From Klebsormidium nitens (taxonomy: Eukaryota > Plantae > Klebsormidiophyceae), in assembly GCA_000708835.1 (NCBI GenBank), contig DF237059.1:62001-126000 (forward strand): a DNA stretch of 64,000 nucleotides, in the 5' to 3' direction. The position numbers and the translations under genes are program-made. Positions 10,501 to 28,066 of the stretch are shown piece after piece (within the stretch, counting starts at the first letter, position 1; every line of letters starts with the position of its first letter). The notes under the pieces are model-generated. The model did no database searches and had not been told where the DNA came from. It worked only from the letters and a program-made list of their open reading frames with translations.

Positions 10501-13500
10501 CCCCCGCGACGTCTTATCAGCCCGATCCGGTGACTGATGGTTTCGGAGGAGTGCTCCGAAAAGACACCTCAGGAAGGGCTGAATCGTGCGAAAGGAGGAG
10601 GTAACTCAAGGCTAAACTACCTCTACTTTCACCAAAAGACCGATGCAGAAGGCAGCCTCACGGAAACGGTCGTGAACATGGAAAGAGCATAAGGTCTCAA
10701 AATTACCTGCACGTTTTTAGGATTGCCTGGTTGCACTCATCTCACTCCTCTGGCAAAAAGAACTTGGAGGCAATCCCACCTGTACATCTGCAAGCGGATT
10801 GCAGGCACCATATGGCCATGCGTGCACGTGGTGCTGCTGAATCCAGAGCAGGGCCCGGGAGATGTCCTCCCCGCCGAATGGCAGCGTGATCCTGGAGCTC
10901 GGAAGGACCGTCCCTTCCTGAGGACAGACAAGGTGTCAACCTTTCCGTCGTTAGTATTCCCTTCACATGTCAACATAGATCTGTCTAGAAAAACGCTCCG
11001 CGCCTCTCTCTACAAGTGAGGACAGGCTTCGAGCTTGATCGACTCTTGATTGGAGCTTTGAGCTCCTAAGTCCTGCCTTCCTGGAGGCATTCTGAAGGCA
11101 ATCTAATTTCAAAACGCTCGGTATCAGCGACGTTTTGCGAGACACTGTCCTCAAACCAGAGGAGGACTCAGGACAAACCCCTCCCTACGATTCCAGCCTG
11201 ACGCTTGGCTACGTTATGGGCAGCGCTTTGATGTTGATCATTGTGAATGACCGTTTATCTTGCGAGTGTATTCGTGGACCATTTCGGGCCCGCGTTCACA
11301 GCATAGATGCGGGATGGCGGAGACTCGTCACGCTTTTGTGACAACGAAAAGACGGCCTGTGCGCTGGCTGCGTCAACCAATCATATTCGCTCTTCCAGAC
11401 AAGCAGTCTCAAAAAAGCGGAGCGGGAATGAAAAGACGATATGTCGTCTCATTAAACGTAAAGGCCGTTGAAGCCAACAGCTAGGTTCTAAAGTCTCGGT
11501 CCCTTGCAACTCGTCACTTAAGCCGTCACTGTCCGGGAAGAACGACGAACGGAGTAGAAGGGAAAAAGGATAACGACGCTCGTGAACTCACCTCGACGCA
11601 TGCCACGGTGCACACCTGCGCTCCTAGGCTGACGATGCACGCTGACGTCATATTGTTCCCGAAGAGCGCGGCGAGCGACTCCTGGTGCAGAATCGCCGAC
11701 TCAAACCCGAGATCTCTGAAGATTACGGTCAGAAGCTCCTTGGCTTCTCGGGGTTGCAAAGTTTCGGACAGTACGACGACCGCTGACATTGAGCGGACGT
11801 CCGAAAGTCGGAGCCCCAGCTTGTCCGTGAGGGCCCACTGCCAGATGGCGCACAGGTCGGTGCAAACCTGGGGTAAGATCTCGGGTTAGCGGCAGGGTTA
11901 GTTGTGTGGGTCCAATGCAGGGGAGTGCAGAATATTAGGCAGGTGCACTGCGTGGCTGGAACTTTTGCGGTAAAGTTGTGGGCGGATTACCACTCCTAAG
12001 TGTACACTCAAAAATTTGTTGGCTGCTCGGAACACTTGCTGCTCAGGCCGGTTTTGAAAGTCATGGGTAATCCGGGTGCGCCGCCCCACATTGCATCGGC
12101 GCAGACCAGGCAACGAGATTCAGAAAGCGAGGTCGAGACCGAAGGGGTGACTCAGAAGGTTGACATTAATAAGGGAGTTCCGTCGAGATCAACCAGGGCT
12201 CGAGCAAGCACCGGGAAGCTCACCTGCTGAAGCGGGTAGCTTTTGGACACATTCAACCGCCCCCGCCTGATTGGCCGTCGCAGCACATACGGGTCACAGT
12301 GAGCGATGTGGAGCGCTTCTTCGCCACAGATCCATCTCCTGTGCTCGACCTTCGGGGCCCCACTTACGTCATCCGCCTCTTGGTTCATAACAGGATCAGG
12401 CTCCTTGTCTGTAGACTGCGGGCCAACTGAAGCCGATGGAACGCCATCTTTCGTGCCTTCTTGGCTGTGTAGTGGTTCATTCCCACCTCTATCGCCTTCC
12501 CTCAACTCGTTCTCTAGGCCTACTTCTCTCGATTCGGTTGTTTTCTGCTCAGAGACGCCGTTCTCTACATCGATATCTGCAGCAGCTTTCTCTATTCGGA
12601 CTGTCTCATCTTGCGATGGCCTGTCTGTTGGGACTGCACTGCTTTGACTTTCTCCCTCCAATATTTCAGCCACTTTTGCCTGGCCTTCAGAATCTTTCTG
12701 CGGTTCCGCTTCGTTCTTTGTCTGAGGAGGTAAAACTGTGCTCGTCTTTGTCCAGTGAAAGCCTGTGTCATCAGCTTCTGGCACCAGCTTCAGACGGCTC
12801 AACTCTTTTGCACTCGCAGCTTGCAGCCATCCTGGAGTGATGTTCAGATGGGCCTCAATCTGCACATTTGTCCCCAGAATGTTCACCACTTAGTCATCAT
12901 TGTCAGTAATCCTGCAGTCTACATGTGAATATCGAAATTGTTACAAAGCATCACCAAAGCAGCATCTTATGGTCAATTACTCATAAACAACCTCTCAACG
13001 AGTTATATCACAAAACAACCTCTCAACGAGCTATATGTCAATAACCAGAGGTTTTGGGCGCCCCAAGTTTGTCAGACTGAAGAAATGGAGTGATGCAGGC
13101 CGGGAAGGCTCAGCAACGGTTCTGGAGCTTTTGCTGATAGAGTAATGAAAAAGTTCACAGTGAAGGCAGATGGTGGCAATAAGTTAAAGCAGCCACAGAT
13201 CATGCAATAAGCATTTTCAAAGAGCTTGTCAATAATCAATGCAAAGACTCCAAACTTCGACGCAGGGTCAGTTTACTTGCCTGTCGACATGCTTCTTCCT
13301 TCTCCTGACTGGTTCCAGCTTCAAGCGAGCTCTTCCGTCGATCTAGTAACTGCAAGTTTGAGAAACACTTCATGAGACGTTTTGGAAGTCAGAAGCACAG
13401 TGATTTAGGCACTCTGCCCGCCAGTATCCAAGACAAGAAAGTGGTTTTGAATTTTTTTGATTGGATGCACTCAACCAGCTGCAATCAATACAGCAGCTGA

Positions 13501-14125
13501 GAAGACACCCAATGAAAAAGCACTAGGTTGTACATGAGGATGCCCCAACAGTACTGTGAAAGGCACAGTGAAAGCTCTCATTGAACAAGTCTCAGCACAG
13601 TGCACTCACCGATTCATCGACTTCATTTATGCCCCCCCGGACGTTCTGCCGCTTCTGTGCCAGCTCAGGTGCATAGCGGGCAATGCAATGTGGTATCAAC
13701 AAAGGCTCCTTCTGGGAGGCCAGCCCGATGCGGAGGAAAGCTGAACCCGGGTTGATCACCACAATCTCCCTCCCCCGCTCTGCTAGCAGCTGTGTTGGGC
13801 CAAGCGTTTTGAAGTACTCCTGCAACATTGCAACTCACGGATATTCCATAACACGGAACTTCCAGCTACTTTCACCAACATTGACTGCGCAGCACGTTGA
13901 TCACAGAGTGGCAAGTGAGCAATTGTCTTTTAGTTTTCTCACAACCACAATCGGACGAGCAGCACAGTTACAGCTGCCAGGGGCCTCTGAGTCCAATAAG
14001 ATATCATCCATTGATTGTGCATCCAAAAAGTGCGCTCAATCAGCACAAGCACGAAGGGCAACCCGTAAGTACAATAGGTAAAATGGTCTTCCCCTCACCC
14101 CGTCGAGCTCCCCTTTGAGCGCCAT
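7542..14125 (-). CDS. ARP9: Actin-related protein 9 (plant ARP9/ARP8-type, INO80-associated), 10 exons, ~694 aa
   Basis: Exons 14099-14125, 13610-13819, 13281-13349, 12224-12859, 11592-11867, 10780-10917, 10028-10242, 9404-9579, 8494-8633 and 7542-7739 join in phase. Motifs: LAERGREIVVINPGSAFLRIG, LHQESLAALFGN, LPFGGEDISRALLW, LKKKLFSSIQLIGG, LAWRGGCILGVLD, KKYKD. Confidence 0.92.
9217..9300 (-). repeat. Degenerate copy of ARP9 exon 8 3' end plus donor, within the next intron
   Basis: The copy reads TGVDVAIVRSILST|gtgagc (donor 9242); the real exon reads TGVDAAIVRSILST|gtgagt (donor 9403); offset 161 bp. Confidence 0.88.
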
Positions 14126-14556
14126 AATGTCTGACAGGGATGCGATCACCTCAAGGCGCCATGCCAGCCTGCGCCTGCCATAGCAATGCCATTGCAAATT
14201 GCAATCAGCCAGCTCAGGTTGCTCAGCTCACAAGAACAGAACTTCAGAAGCAGCCCATACTCGTTCGGATCAGTTAAGCGGTAACGATCGGTGTATCCTA
14301 GAGGCACAGGCCCATCTGGAAGTGACCGGTGAAGCTCGCAGGCATTCGGATACTGCCCCGGCTAAAGAATTGATCAGGCATAGAATCTGCCCGGGCCTCA
14401 TGCACGTCTACCGTACCCGTGATATCCACATGCCCCGGGCTGTTCAGAATTTTGCCGGTAACGGTTTCGTAATTCGCGGAGCAGAAGAACGGGGACGACG
14501 CCTTCCTTCTTCCTCTTTCCAGCTGCTACCACGCAGAGAAGGCACACGCTGGAGCC
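14126..14556. promoter_or_regulatory. Short divergent (bidirectional) promoter region ARP9/RPL36 with two site II (TGGGCY) motifs
   Basis: Start codons are ~430 bp apart, head-to-head. AGCCCA at 14252-14257 and GGCCCA at 14309-14314 are reverse complements of TGGGCT and TGGGCC. A probable RPL36 5'UTR intron ends at ttccag 14523. Confidence 0.5.
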
Positions 14557-15611
14557 ATGACGGCCGTGCAGGGAGCGGGCATCGCGGTTGGCCTGACCAA
14601 GGGCCACCAGGTCACCAAGCGTGAGCTGAAGAAGAGGCCCGCATCCAGGAAGGGGGTAAGTTTGCAAGTTGCGCGGCCCGGCCCCCTGTGGGAGGTTTTG
14701 TAATGCAAGACTGTTAACAAAAGGGCGACAGCGAGGGGCTAGGGATGTTAAGTTAAGAGGCTATGTTCCCAAACAACCCATGGAATGCCTTTGGAAGCAT
14801 GTTGGGCATCGCTTCGAAAGGTCTAGTATTAAGAAGTGTAATCCGGGGGGGAACTTATCATTATTAGTCGAGGATCTGGCTAAAGATTAGAAGGACAAAC
14901 GCATGCGTGCCGTGGAGAATTTGAGAAAAGCAGTGGCAGCTGATGGTTTTTAGAGGCCCTGGCTTATTTCACAAACGGTGTGGAGCACTTGGGGCGTCTG
15001 ATTTCTCTGTCTCTGGTCTGCAATCTGGGCAAATGCCACTAGGGCGCGCAAGACAAGGTCTTCTTAAGCATCGGTTTGGGCTTGCCTGCATGTTGCAGTC
15101 CTTAGATGCTGACATGATGGGTGCTGTGTACTTTTGAGCCTGTCGGTAATGGTCTGGACTGGCATGTGTAGAGCAGAAACAGTGCAAGCTGACAACGGTA
15201 TGGTGCGCAGGAAGCACGTCGAAATTTCATTAGGTTTCAGTTTAATTGTTATAGGCTGATTCTTGGTGGCTTCTCTTTATAAAGCCCTGTTCCAATAAGC
15301 TGTTTGGTACCAGTTGATTGCTGATCTAATATTTTGTGGTCACTAAAGAACGAGCCTCGTGCCAGGATTGCCTGAGTAACACTGGTTTTACCGCTCGCTT
15401 TTCACAGAAGCTTGGAAAGCGCACTGCCTTCGTGCGGACCCTCATCCGTGAGGTCGTCGGGTTTGCTCCCTATGAGAAGCGCATTCAGGAGCTGCTGAAG
15501 GTCGGGAGGGACAAGCGCGCCTTGAAGGTCGCAAAGAGGAAGCTGGGGACGCACCTGCGGGCCAAGAGAAAGCGAGAGGAGATGACGAGCGTGCTGCGGA
15601 AGCAGAGGTGA
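14557..15611 (+). CDS. RPL36: 60S ribosomal protein L36 (exons 14557-14655, 15408-15611)
   Basis: [33 protein letters not shown]|[59 protein letters not shown]; gtaag donor and cacag acceptor, phase 0. Confidence 0.97.
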
Positions 15612-17747
15612 GGCGCAGTGGTTGGGGCTGAGAGAAGTGGCGTGGGTGCACTGTTAGTCGCCGGTTTGCCGTTGTTTTCTGAAATTGGTTTGCGGAACTG
15701 GAGTGTACATCTGTCTCTTTTGTCTGGGAAGACGAGAAGAAGTACGCCAGAACACAGGTGATTCAGCGACCGGCAGTTCCCTAAGGCCCAGGTAAGACAT
15801 TGCTCTGCATCAAGAGCGGGACATTTTAGCGGCTGAAGTGCCATTGTCCATTGCAAAGGCTAACTGCAACTCAGGGAAGAAACCGAGTGGCACATTAGAA
15901 GGAAGGTGCTAGCAAGTGTGCAGGAAAAAATCATAACCGCAGGGGGCAACTACTTAAGTATGGGATCAGCTGGCACCAGAGTACCTTCTATGAGCACATG
16001 ACAGCAGTCGTGGCCGTTGCACCTGGGCCCTGCTTTTAGGTGGCTGGTGGCTGGCCAGCTCATAATCTATAGCGCAGAAGCATTTGCGCAATCAGCACGA
16101 TGGCGGGCTCATTTGCAATGGTTGCATCAGTTGTAGGAGGTCACGATCGTCAGCCCCTTCATCAATTGTCTTCTTTGTGGTAGGCAGCAAGGGGTCATGA
16201 CTTCCGTTAGCGTCTTAGGCGCATGTGCAGATCATGCGGTGGCTCCTATCTTTTTGTGATTGAGGCAAAAAGTGTGGCAGTCAGCGAGACTGGCCACAAA
16301 GGAGATTCTGTGCTTGGGAACATTTCTTTGTGGGGGGTATCATCCACTCGGACGTTTTCTGCACAGGTAATCCAGAAGGGGTTGTCGGTTGCTGTTGAGA
16401 TCAGCCTGAGGGCTGCTCAAGGCTCATGCCTCTTACAAACCGTAGAATCTGCAGGCTTGAAGGCATTGGGCCTCTTTGGTAAAATGACGCAGTTGCTACC
16501 CAGATACGCCCGACTTTCTACTTGAATCTGACCATAATTGCATTTCGTGCAGGGCTGCTGCTTCTACACACCACAAGGAAGAGAAGAAGGAAGAGAAGAA
16601 GGAAAAGAAGTAAACTGTCTATGGAAAAACGATCGTCAGATTTGGACTTTTCTCAAGCCCACCGACAAGGACTAGTTCTTTCAAGTCTGGGGTGCTCATC
16701 CGTGGTTGACCATCTCATGTTGCGCAAAGTCTGGTCTGGCTTGTGTTGACTGTCACATTGTTCAGGGTAGCCTGGGGCTTACCGGCCAAAAACATGGTTG
16801 GGCTCCGTGAAGAAAGCTCCTGGCTGCATATGCAACCCCGCACCATGCAGTACATCGGACTGGGGCTCTTGCCTGCAATGGCTGGGTCCATTGAGAGCTA
16901 TTTGCTTGAGTTCATCCGACTGCGACCCGACTGCTACCATATGATTAAATGTGCTTGCAGTGCAATTCTGAGTCCAGCAGCGTAGCTACCGTCACACTGA
17001 CAGCTGCAGTAGCGATTCTTACGCGGGTAATTTCTCAAAATGCCAGCATGGACGCATATGCGGTTCTGAGGTTGCCGACAGGCCTGTCGAAGCATAATTC
17101 TAGCTGTGGCCGGTACATGTGCTTGCGCGGTGCGCCATGCTGTTGAATTACTTTCGCATTTTGAGTACTATGCATTGCGACAGGTCACTTGGTAAGTCGG
17201 ACAATGCACCGCATGCTGCCAATAGCTGTACCGATGCATGGCGGCTGCATGCCATGATCTGCAACGAGTCATTTAACTTATAACGCTTGACGACTGTAAT
17301 AGGTTAGCTATTATAGCCAACTGATTCAATATATTGGTGACATGGAGGCATACTCGATCCGGATGTGATTGATAATAGTATGCACCAATGATCGATCCCT
17401 GTTGGTGCAAGAGTTATTGCATATGCGCAATCTCGATTTGTGTATCGGTTCCGAGGACTTCCCAAGCAATTTCTTTCGGCAATTGGCCATTAAACTTCCG
17501 TATGGTTAGTCAGGAAAACATTCCGCGTCAAGAAAGATTTATAGCTCGGCGCTAGCTCTTAAGGGCGAATCTAGCCCTTCAAGAGCCTCGATTGGGACCT
17601 TTATTGTAGTGCATCCAGCTACACAAAGGACTTAAGGATGGTAAGGTAGGCACATCCAAATTCTTCCCTCCGAACCTACTAGCACTGCTAGCTTTTATTT
17701 AGATAAGCTGCCTGCAAACACGGCAAGCTGTCATGATATGCAGATCG

Positions 17748-22312
<4,565 letters not shown>

Positions 22313-22821
22313 TGATATTGCAATGTGAGCGTCAGATCTGTTTCCCCTTTTCTCCTGGAAAATGCTGAGCTGCAAATGTGGGGCCAGCAAGTAATTTTGT
22401 GGAGGTTACACAATCAAGGGGCGCCTCAAGACGTTTCACCTGCAATTGCAATGTAGAGAAGGTTTGCTGCTTCAATTGCACAAGCAATGCGGCCACCAAC
22501 AAGACTTGGAATTCAGTCGAGCTAGCCAGCACAAGCTTGATCCTGCAGTGGTTGGTTCATTCCTCCGGAGTTGAGTTCGGGGAACAAATAGAACCAGGGG
22601 CTTGTAGCGTAATAGTCCTCAATTGTGTGTAGCGTTACATGTTCGAGGCGCTTATTGCGTCCACCGGGCACCCCCGGTGGACGTAGTAGAGGGGGAATCC
22701 AGACGCATTCTTGGGTGTGCTCAGCGCAATGCACCTCATTGCGTTTCTCAAACATCCTGTTTACAAAGTTCTTGTCACTGTGTGTGCAAAGGGGGAGTTC
22801 GCCAGCGCATCTGAGGGGGCC

Positions 22822-25800
22822 ATGGTGGACACGAGCCCGCCCAACGGCATGGCGGGCGGCTCAAACTCAGCACCCGATGAGGAGTCCGGTAGTTACACGC
22901 CACCCTCATCGTATCCCCCCGGCAATTCCTCAGAAGCCAGCGCTCATGAACCCGTCCTAGAAACTCTGCACAGCCCCGCAAAAGAGGCAGGGCCTCTTCT
23001 GATGCGACAGGGCTCCCAGATCGATCGGTCCCCTTCACTGGCATTAAGGATGCACAAGGGGCATGCGCGGACGTTGATTCTCTCGGGGTGGCAGTCGGGG
23101 GTGTTCGGATCCTGTTGCAACATGTCCAGTACGATCCTGGGGACGGGCATTCTGGCGCTGCCTCTGACGGGGGTGTGGCTGGGCCTCATCCCGATGATTA
23201 GCATGCTCCTGATTCTGGCGGTCGCCAATGCTTATAGCTGCAGGTGATGAGATACCGCTTTGCATTGGGGGTTTTGTTCATGGCTTGGGTGTCAATGCAC
23301 CACCCCACCAGCTCCGCTTTTGTTTTTCAGGACGATGCCCCACTTTATGGTAGCCTTCTTCAAGCTCCAATGATCCTTTTCCTGTCAAGGAAAGAAATGG
23401 GCTTATTCGTGGCTTGGTCTCGTTTAAGCACCAATCAGCTCATCTTGTTCGCTAGGACGATGCCCCACTTCAGGGCACTTCCAGCTTAGGCTAGATACTT
23501 TCCTTCTTGCATCAGGGAACAAAGTGCAGGTAAACATGTGGTTTCAAAGTTCTTGATGCTGGGGGTGGTATGAATGATCGTGCATGCAAGCGGTCCGGGC
23601 AATCTGAATCTGCAATGTCTGACCTGCCGCTTAAGGAGAATGTTTTTCTGTTTCGTTCCTGAATTCAAAGCTGAGCTTGGGCCCTTGCCAAGCTGCCAAC
23701 TGATCAATGGAAGCCATCGCCGGCGTTAAGGGCAGTGACTCTTCTGGAAGGGCAGTACACAGAACTTGAGTGGTATCAAGTACTTGGATCTGCCCAGGAG
23801 GTCGGGTGCTTGCACAGTTTCATCAGCATGCCAAACTTATTGATATGACTGGGCAATTTGGGTGCTTGCAGAGTTTCATCAGCATGCCAAACTTGTTGAG
23901 ATGATGCACTTTCTTTCTCCAAGGACCAATGAGAAACCTGGGTCTATCTGAAAACCAGGCTTCAAATATCACCTCAACTGAAAGCCAGATTCGCCCCTGG
24001 CATGGCAACTGTTGTTGGCTTTCTCTATGCTTAAACGCTTTGTTCAGAAAGCTTGAATGTTGGGTTGAAACCAGTTGCAAACCTGGTCGCTGTGAACAAA
24101 CCCCGGTCTTCAAATCACACAGGCAAACTCTGGCGCAGTGACCTGTGCAGGCACCCGCTTTCCGTGTGACGCCTATTAGCCATCTGTCAATTTCAGAGGA
24201 AATTCTTGAAAACTCTTGAGCGAAGCTCTGACTTTGTTGAAGACCACGGTCTTTAGCCATTTTTGCAGTGAAGGATGAGGTCCTGTTAGAGGCCGTCGAA
24301 TCAAGCATTGAGCTTCTCAATAACCTGATTCTGCAGGCTCCTCCTGCTGGTGGGCACCTTAACCCGGCTACTACACCTTCAAGGACGCCACCGTGCGCGC
24401 AATCTCGAAACTGGAATTATGTGCGCTCGAGGAAGAGATGAAATTCAGATCCTCTCGAGACTCGTCTAGTTTAGAAACATTTTAACCTCCTGCTAACCCC
24501 TGGTTTTGCAGGCTGCTGCTGCTGGTCGGTGCCTTCACCCGCTCCTACATAATCGAGATCTCGAAACTGAAAACAAGCCGAGCAAGAGCAAACAAAAAAC
24601 ACCTCGTTCCTTCGAGAGAGTTTCTTAAATGGTTGAGAAACCTCTGTTTGTGCAGGCTCCTCCTGCTGGTCGGCGCCTTCACCCGCTCGTACACCTTCAA
24701 GGACGCCACCAAGCGCGCAATACAAATCTCGAAAAAGGGGGCGATACGAATGTTAAAAAACCCCTCGTTACACTCGAAAAAATACTGAACCCTGTCGCTA
24801 TCCCTGGTTATGCAGGCTCCTCCTGCTGGTCGGCGCCTTCACCCGCTCCTACACCTTCGAGGACGCGACCGAGCGCGCCATGGGCCCGCGCACCCGCAGT
24901 TTCCTCGACGTCTGCATCTTCACCCGGAGCCTCATCGTCCTCGCGAGCATTCTCATCTTCACGAGCGACTTCCTCTTCTCCCTGGGCAACGCCCTGGTTC
25001 ACTGGCTGGGTCTCGGGATAATCCTCGACAAAAACCTGCTGATCATAGTGGTTACCGCCCTGGTTATCTACCCGCTGGCCCTGATGCGCAGCATGAACTC
25101 GCTCGCGCTCTTCTCGTGCTTCAAGCTCGTCTGCCTGTGGCTCTTCGCCGCCGTCGTAGTGTACCTGTCGGTGGAGAACATGGCGGCCGGGAAGCAGGGT
25201 CAGTACAAGTGAGTTGATCCTCGTTTGTATATCTCTTCAATTGAGGTAAAGTAAGCTCTGGGTATTGTAAGCTCTTCTACCTTAACACTAAAAACCTAAC
25301 CCTCAAAATTACACGCTCCGCACCCGAACCCACTCTACCCCCCAAGCTAACCCCACCCGTCCCAGGCGCTTGGCTTTCTTCACCTAAAGCTTCGTTTACC
25401 TAAATTGAAGTGTTATCTCGTTTGTGATCCTCTTCCCCATATTTGCCCCTTGCCTTCCTATCTGAAACGCACCACGATGAAGGAGCCGAAGTCTTGTTGA
25501 TCCGCTTCGTCGTGGAGAACATGGCAGCCGGGAGGCAGGCAAAGTTCCTGCTTTTCCGTCTTTGCACTCACAAACGCGTTCTCTTGTCGATGCAGGGTAG
25601 TAGCCTCCCCCTCGTGGCACTGGCTGCGTGCGCTTCCGATCGCGGCCTTCAGCTACCACAGCCACGTGAACCTGTTCCCCATCTACGCGGAGGTCAAGGC
25701 CGCAACGCTCCGCAAGGGCAGCCAGATGATTACGTCAGCCTACATCCTTTGCTCGATCCTGTTCATTCTGGTCGCCACCTTCGGCTACCTCCAGTTCCCC

Positions 25801-26966
25801 GAGAGCACCTACGGCAACTTCCTGCGCAACTTCGATGACGTGATGGGTGACTTCAACGGGGACATCATCCACGTGCTGCGCGCGAGCTTCCTGGTCGTGA
25901 CGGTGTTCACGTTCCCGATGCAGGTGAGGTAGTTTTTGAGGCGACATTCGAGTGGGTAGACGTGTTGAAGGTCGCCGGAAAGTCAGGTCGACTAGGTGGT
26001 GGGCTGGTTTTTCCACACTGCGTTGCTGACGTGGTAACTGGTGGTGAAACCACAAATCGAGACCAAATTGTAGACAAGCACGGAGCTGAATGTCGTTATT
26101 TGTTGCTCTCTCGAGATGAATTCAGGAAAGAGAAAGCCTCGATTCTGTTCGGTTGGATACCTGACACAGAAACGTCTTTTAAATATGGAAGATCGTACCA
26201 CCGCTATTTGTGCCCATCCAGAAGGAGGGGGCTGGGTGAGCCACGTTTTTGACAATGAGCCCGCAACAGATTGCAAATTGCTTCCATGATCGCCGTCTCG
26301 ATCCTCATATCCTTTTTCGCCTTGCTCACTCGTGTGTGCCTCGACCGATCGCCTATGGTTTTCTGCCCGGCTTTTTTTGTTTCCTTTGAGCCCTTTCGTC
26401 CGCATTCGGAATCTTTCAAGCGGCTATCGATTTTCTTCTCAATCCGAGGCCCTTTCCTGTTTCGTTTCCCTCTTCTCCAACCTCGAGCCGAAGCTGTCGT
26501 CCCGTCCCTGCAGCTCTTCGCTGCCCGCATCGCGCTGCACGCCCTCGCATGGCCCCACCAAGAGAAGATGTCGGCATTCCAGTCGTTTGGCATCACGACG
26601 CTCATGACGGCCGGCGCGCTCCTCGTCAGCCTCGTCACGGACGACGTCGCTCTAGTTCTCGGGATCGGCGGGAGCATCTTCACGTCCTACATCTCCATGA
26701 TCCTGCCGGCGCAGATCTACCTGCGCGTCCTGAACATGCGCGCGCAGAAGGACGGGGGTTTGCTCGACCCCTGCGACAGGTGGACCGATAACGTGGACCT
26801 GGAGCGGTTAGTGAACGACGAAGCCGAGACGCAGGTCGCGTCCGCGTTCGAGATCGCAATGCGGCCCGAGCAAATAAAGTACGAAATGGTTAAGGCGTCG
26901 GTGCTCCTGCTGACGGGGCTGGTGGTCGGGGTGGTCGGGTTCGGGGCAACGCTGTGGTTTAGATAA
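22822..26966 (+). CDS. Amino-acid transporter, Aa_trans/AAAP family (AVT6/SLC38-like), 4 exons, ~531 aa
   Basis: Exons 22822-23243, 24816-25208, 25596-25923 and 26514-26966 join in phase. Motifs NMSSTILGTGILALP and LPIAAFSYHSHVNLFPIY, with many hydrophobic TM segments. Confidence 0.9.
23804..23906. repeat. ~57-bp period imperfect tandem duplication in transporter intron 1
   Basis: gggtgcttgca(c/g)agttt(t)catcagcatgccaaactt(a/g)ttga(t/g)atga occurs twice. Confidence 0.85.
24325..24790 (+). repeat. Three degenerate copies of the transporter exon-2 acceptor plus exon start
   Basis: tgcag|gctcctcctgctggtcggcgccttcacccgc copies begin at 24337, 24512 and 24656; the real exon begins at 24816; spacing 175/144/160 bp. 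Confidence 0.92.
25512..25539 (+). repeat. Degenerate copy of the transporter exon-2 3' region in intron 2
   Basis: gtggagaacatggcagccgggaggcagg compared with 25171-25198 gtggagaacatggcggccgggaagcagg (26/28). Confidence 0.8.
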
Positions 26967-28066
26967 CCAGATTTTCCCTCCATGCGCGCACGCTTGCTGG
27001 TGTATGCTATAGACCGCATAGACTTCCGATATGAGTGTACTTATACGGTGAGGATCGCATATAAGCTTCGCATATATGACGGCTTTATACTTGTACCCTA
27101 CAAAATAGGTCTAGTATACATGCTCTGCAGGGCTGCTTTTGAGATAGATATGCTTTTGGTGTAGTATTGGAAATGCAGATAGATACATTTTTCTGTGTCT
27201 GTATAAACTCCGGTCAGCCAGTTTGTTGAAGTGATTTTTAGCAAGGGTATGTTGACACTGCAACATGAGGTCTCGCTGAAGCTCTATATAACCATCCAAC
27301 AATGCAAACCGCGCAGGCTTGCGTGCATATGCATGCAGGCACGTACCTCGGAATAAGACTGACTTTTAACGCCCGAAAATACAGTAGAGTACTTAAGCGC
27401 ACCATCGTTATCCGTCAAAGAAAGGTTCAACTTTCACTTCAGTGTGAAGTGTATACATACATGCGCCACTGGTTGCCCAGTAGCTTACTGCAAGTGACGG
27501 GCCGGGCCCGTCGGCGTACTGTACATATGTGCCTCTTGACTTAATTATTCCTATACAATATACGTGCTAACGTGGTACATGTGAGAACTAGCTATAATTT
27601 CATCGATCCTTTTCAAACAGGGCTATAGAACTCGGAAAAATGTGGTGCGCTTAGTGATATTGACACACGTCAACTTCCGAGTCTGTTGCCCTAGGGAAAA
27701 TTCTTTAGCCAGCATTCCCAGACTCGGGTTCAAACGATGTTCGTCTGAACTTGGGCAAGATACTGGCAAAATCGTACACCCAACCCACAACGTTTGCTTG
27801 CATTGCTTCGATTACATGTTGCCCTTATGAACGCAATGCACTCGGAGCCTTGCAAACTACAACCAAATTGTTTACTACCTGATTCGTTTAGAGCTTCACA
27901 TTGCATGACCAACTCAACGTCATGCAAAGCAACGGACTTCTGTACTGAGAAACTGAAAGCAAATCGCCAACAAACCGTTCGATAAAACGTTCTCAACATA
28001 CACAACTCAACCTAAACCTCAGATCTACCTACAAATGCTGCATAAATCAGACACAAGCCCAGCTCT

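Noticed and set aside
14656-15407. Intronic snoRNA in RPL36
   Set aside because: No convincing C box (RTGATGA) paired with a D box and terminal stem was found.
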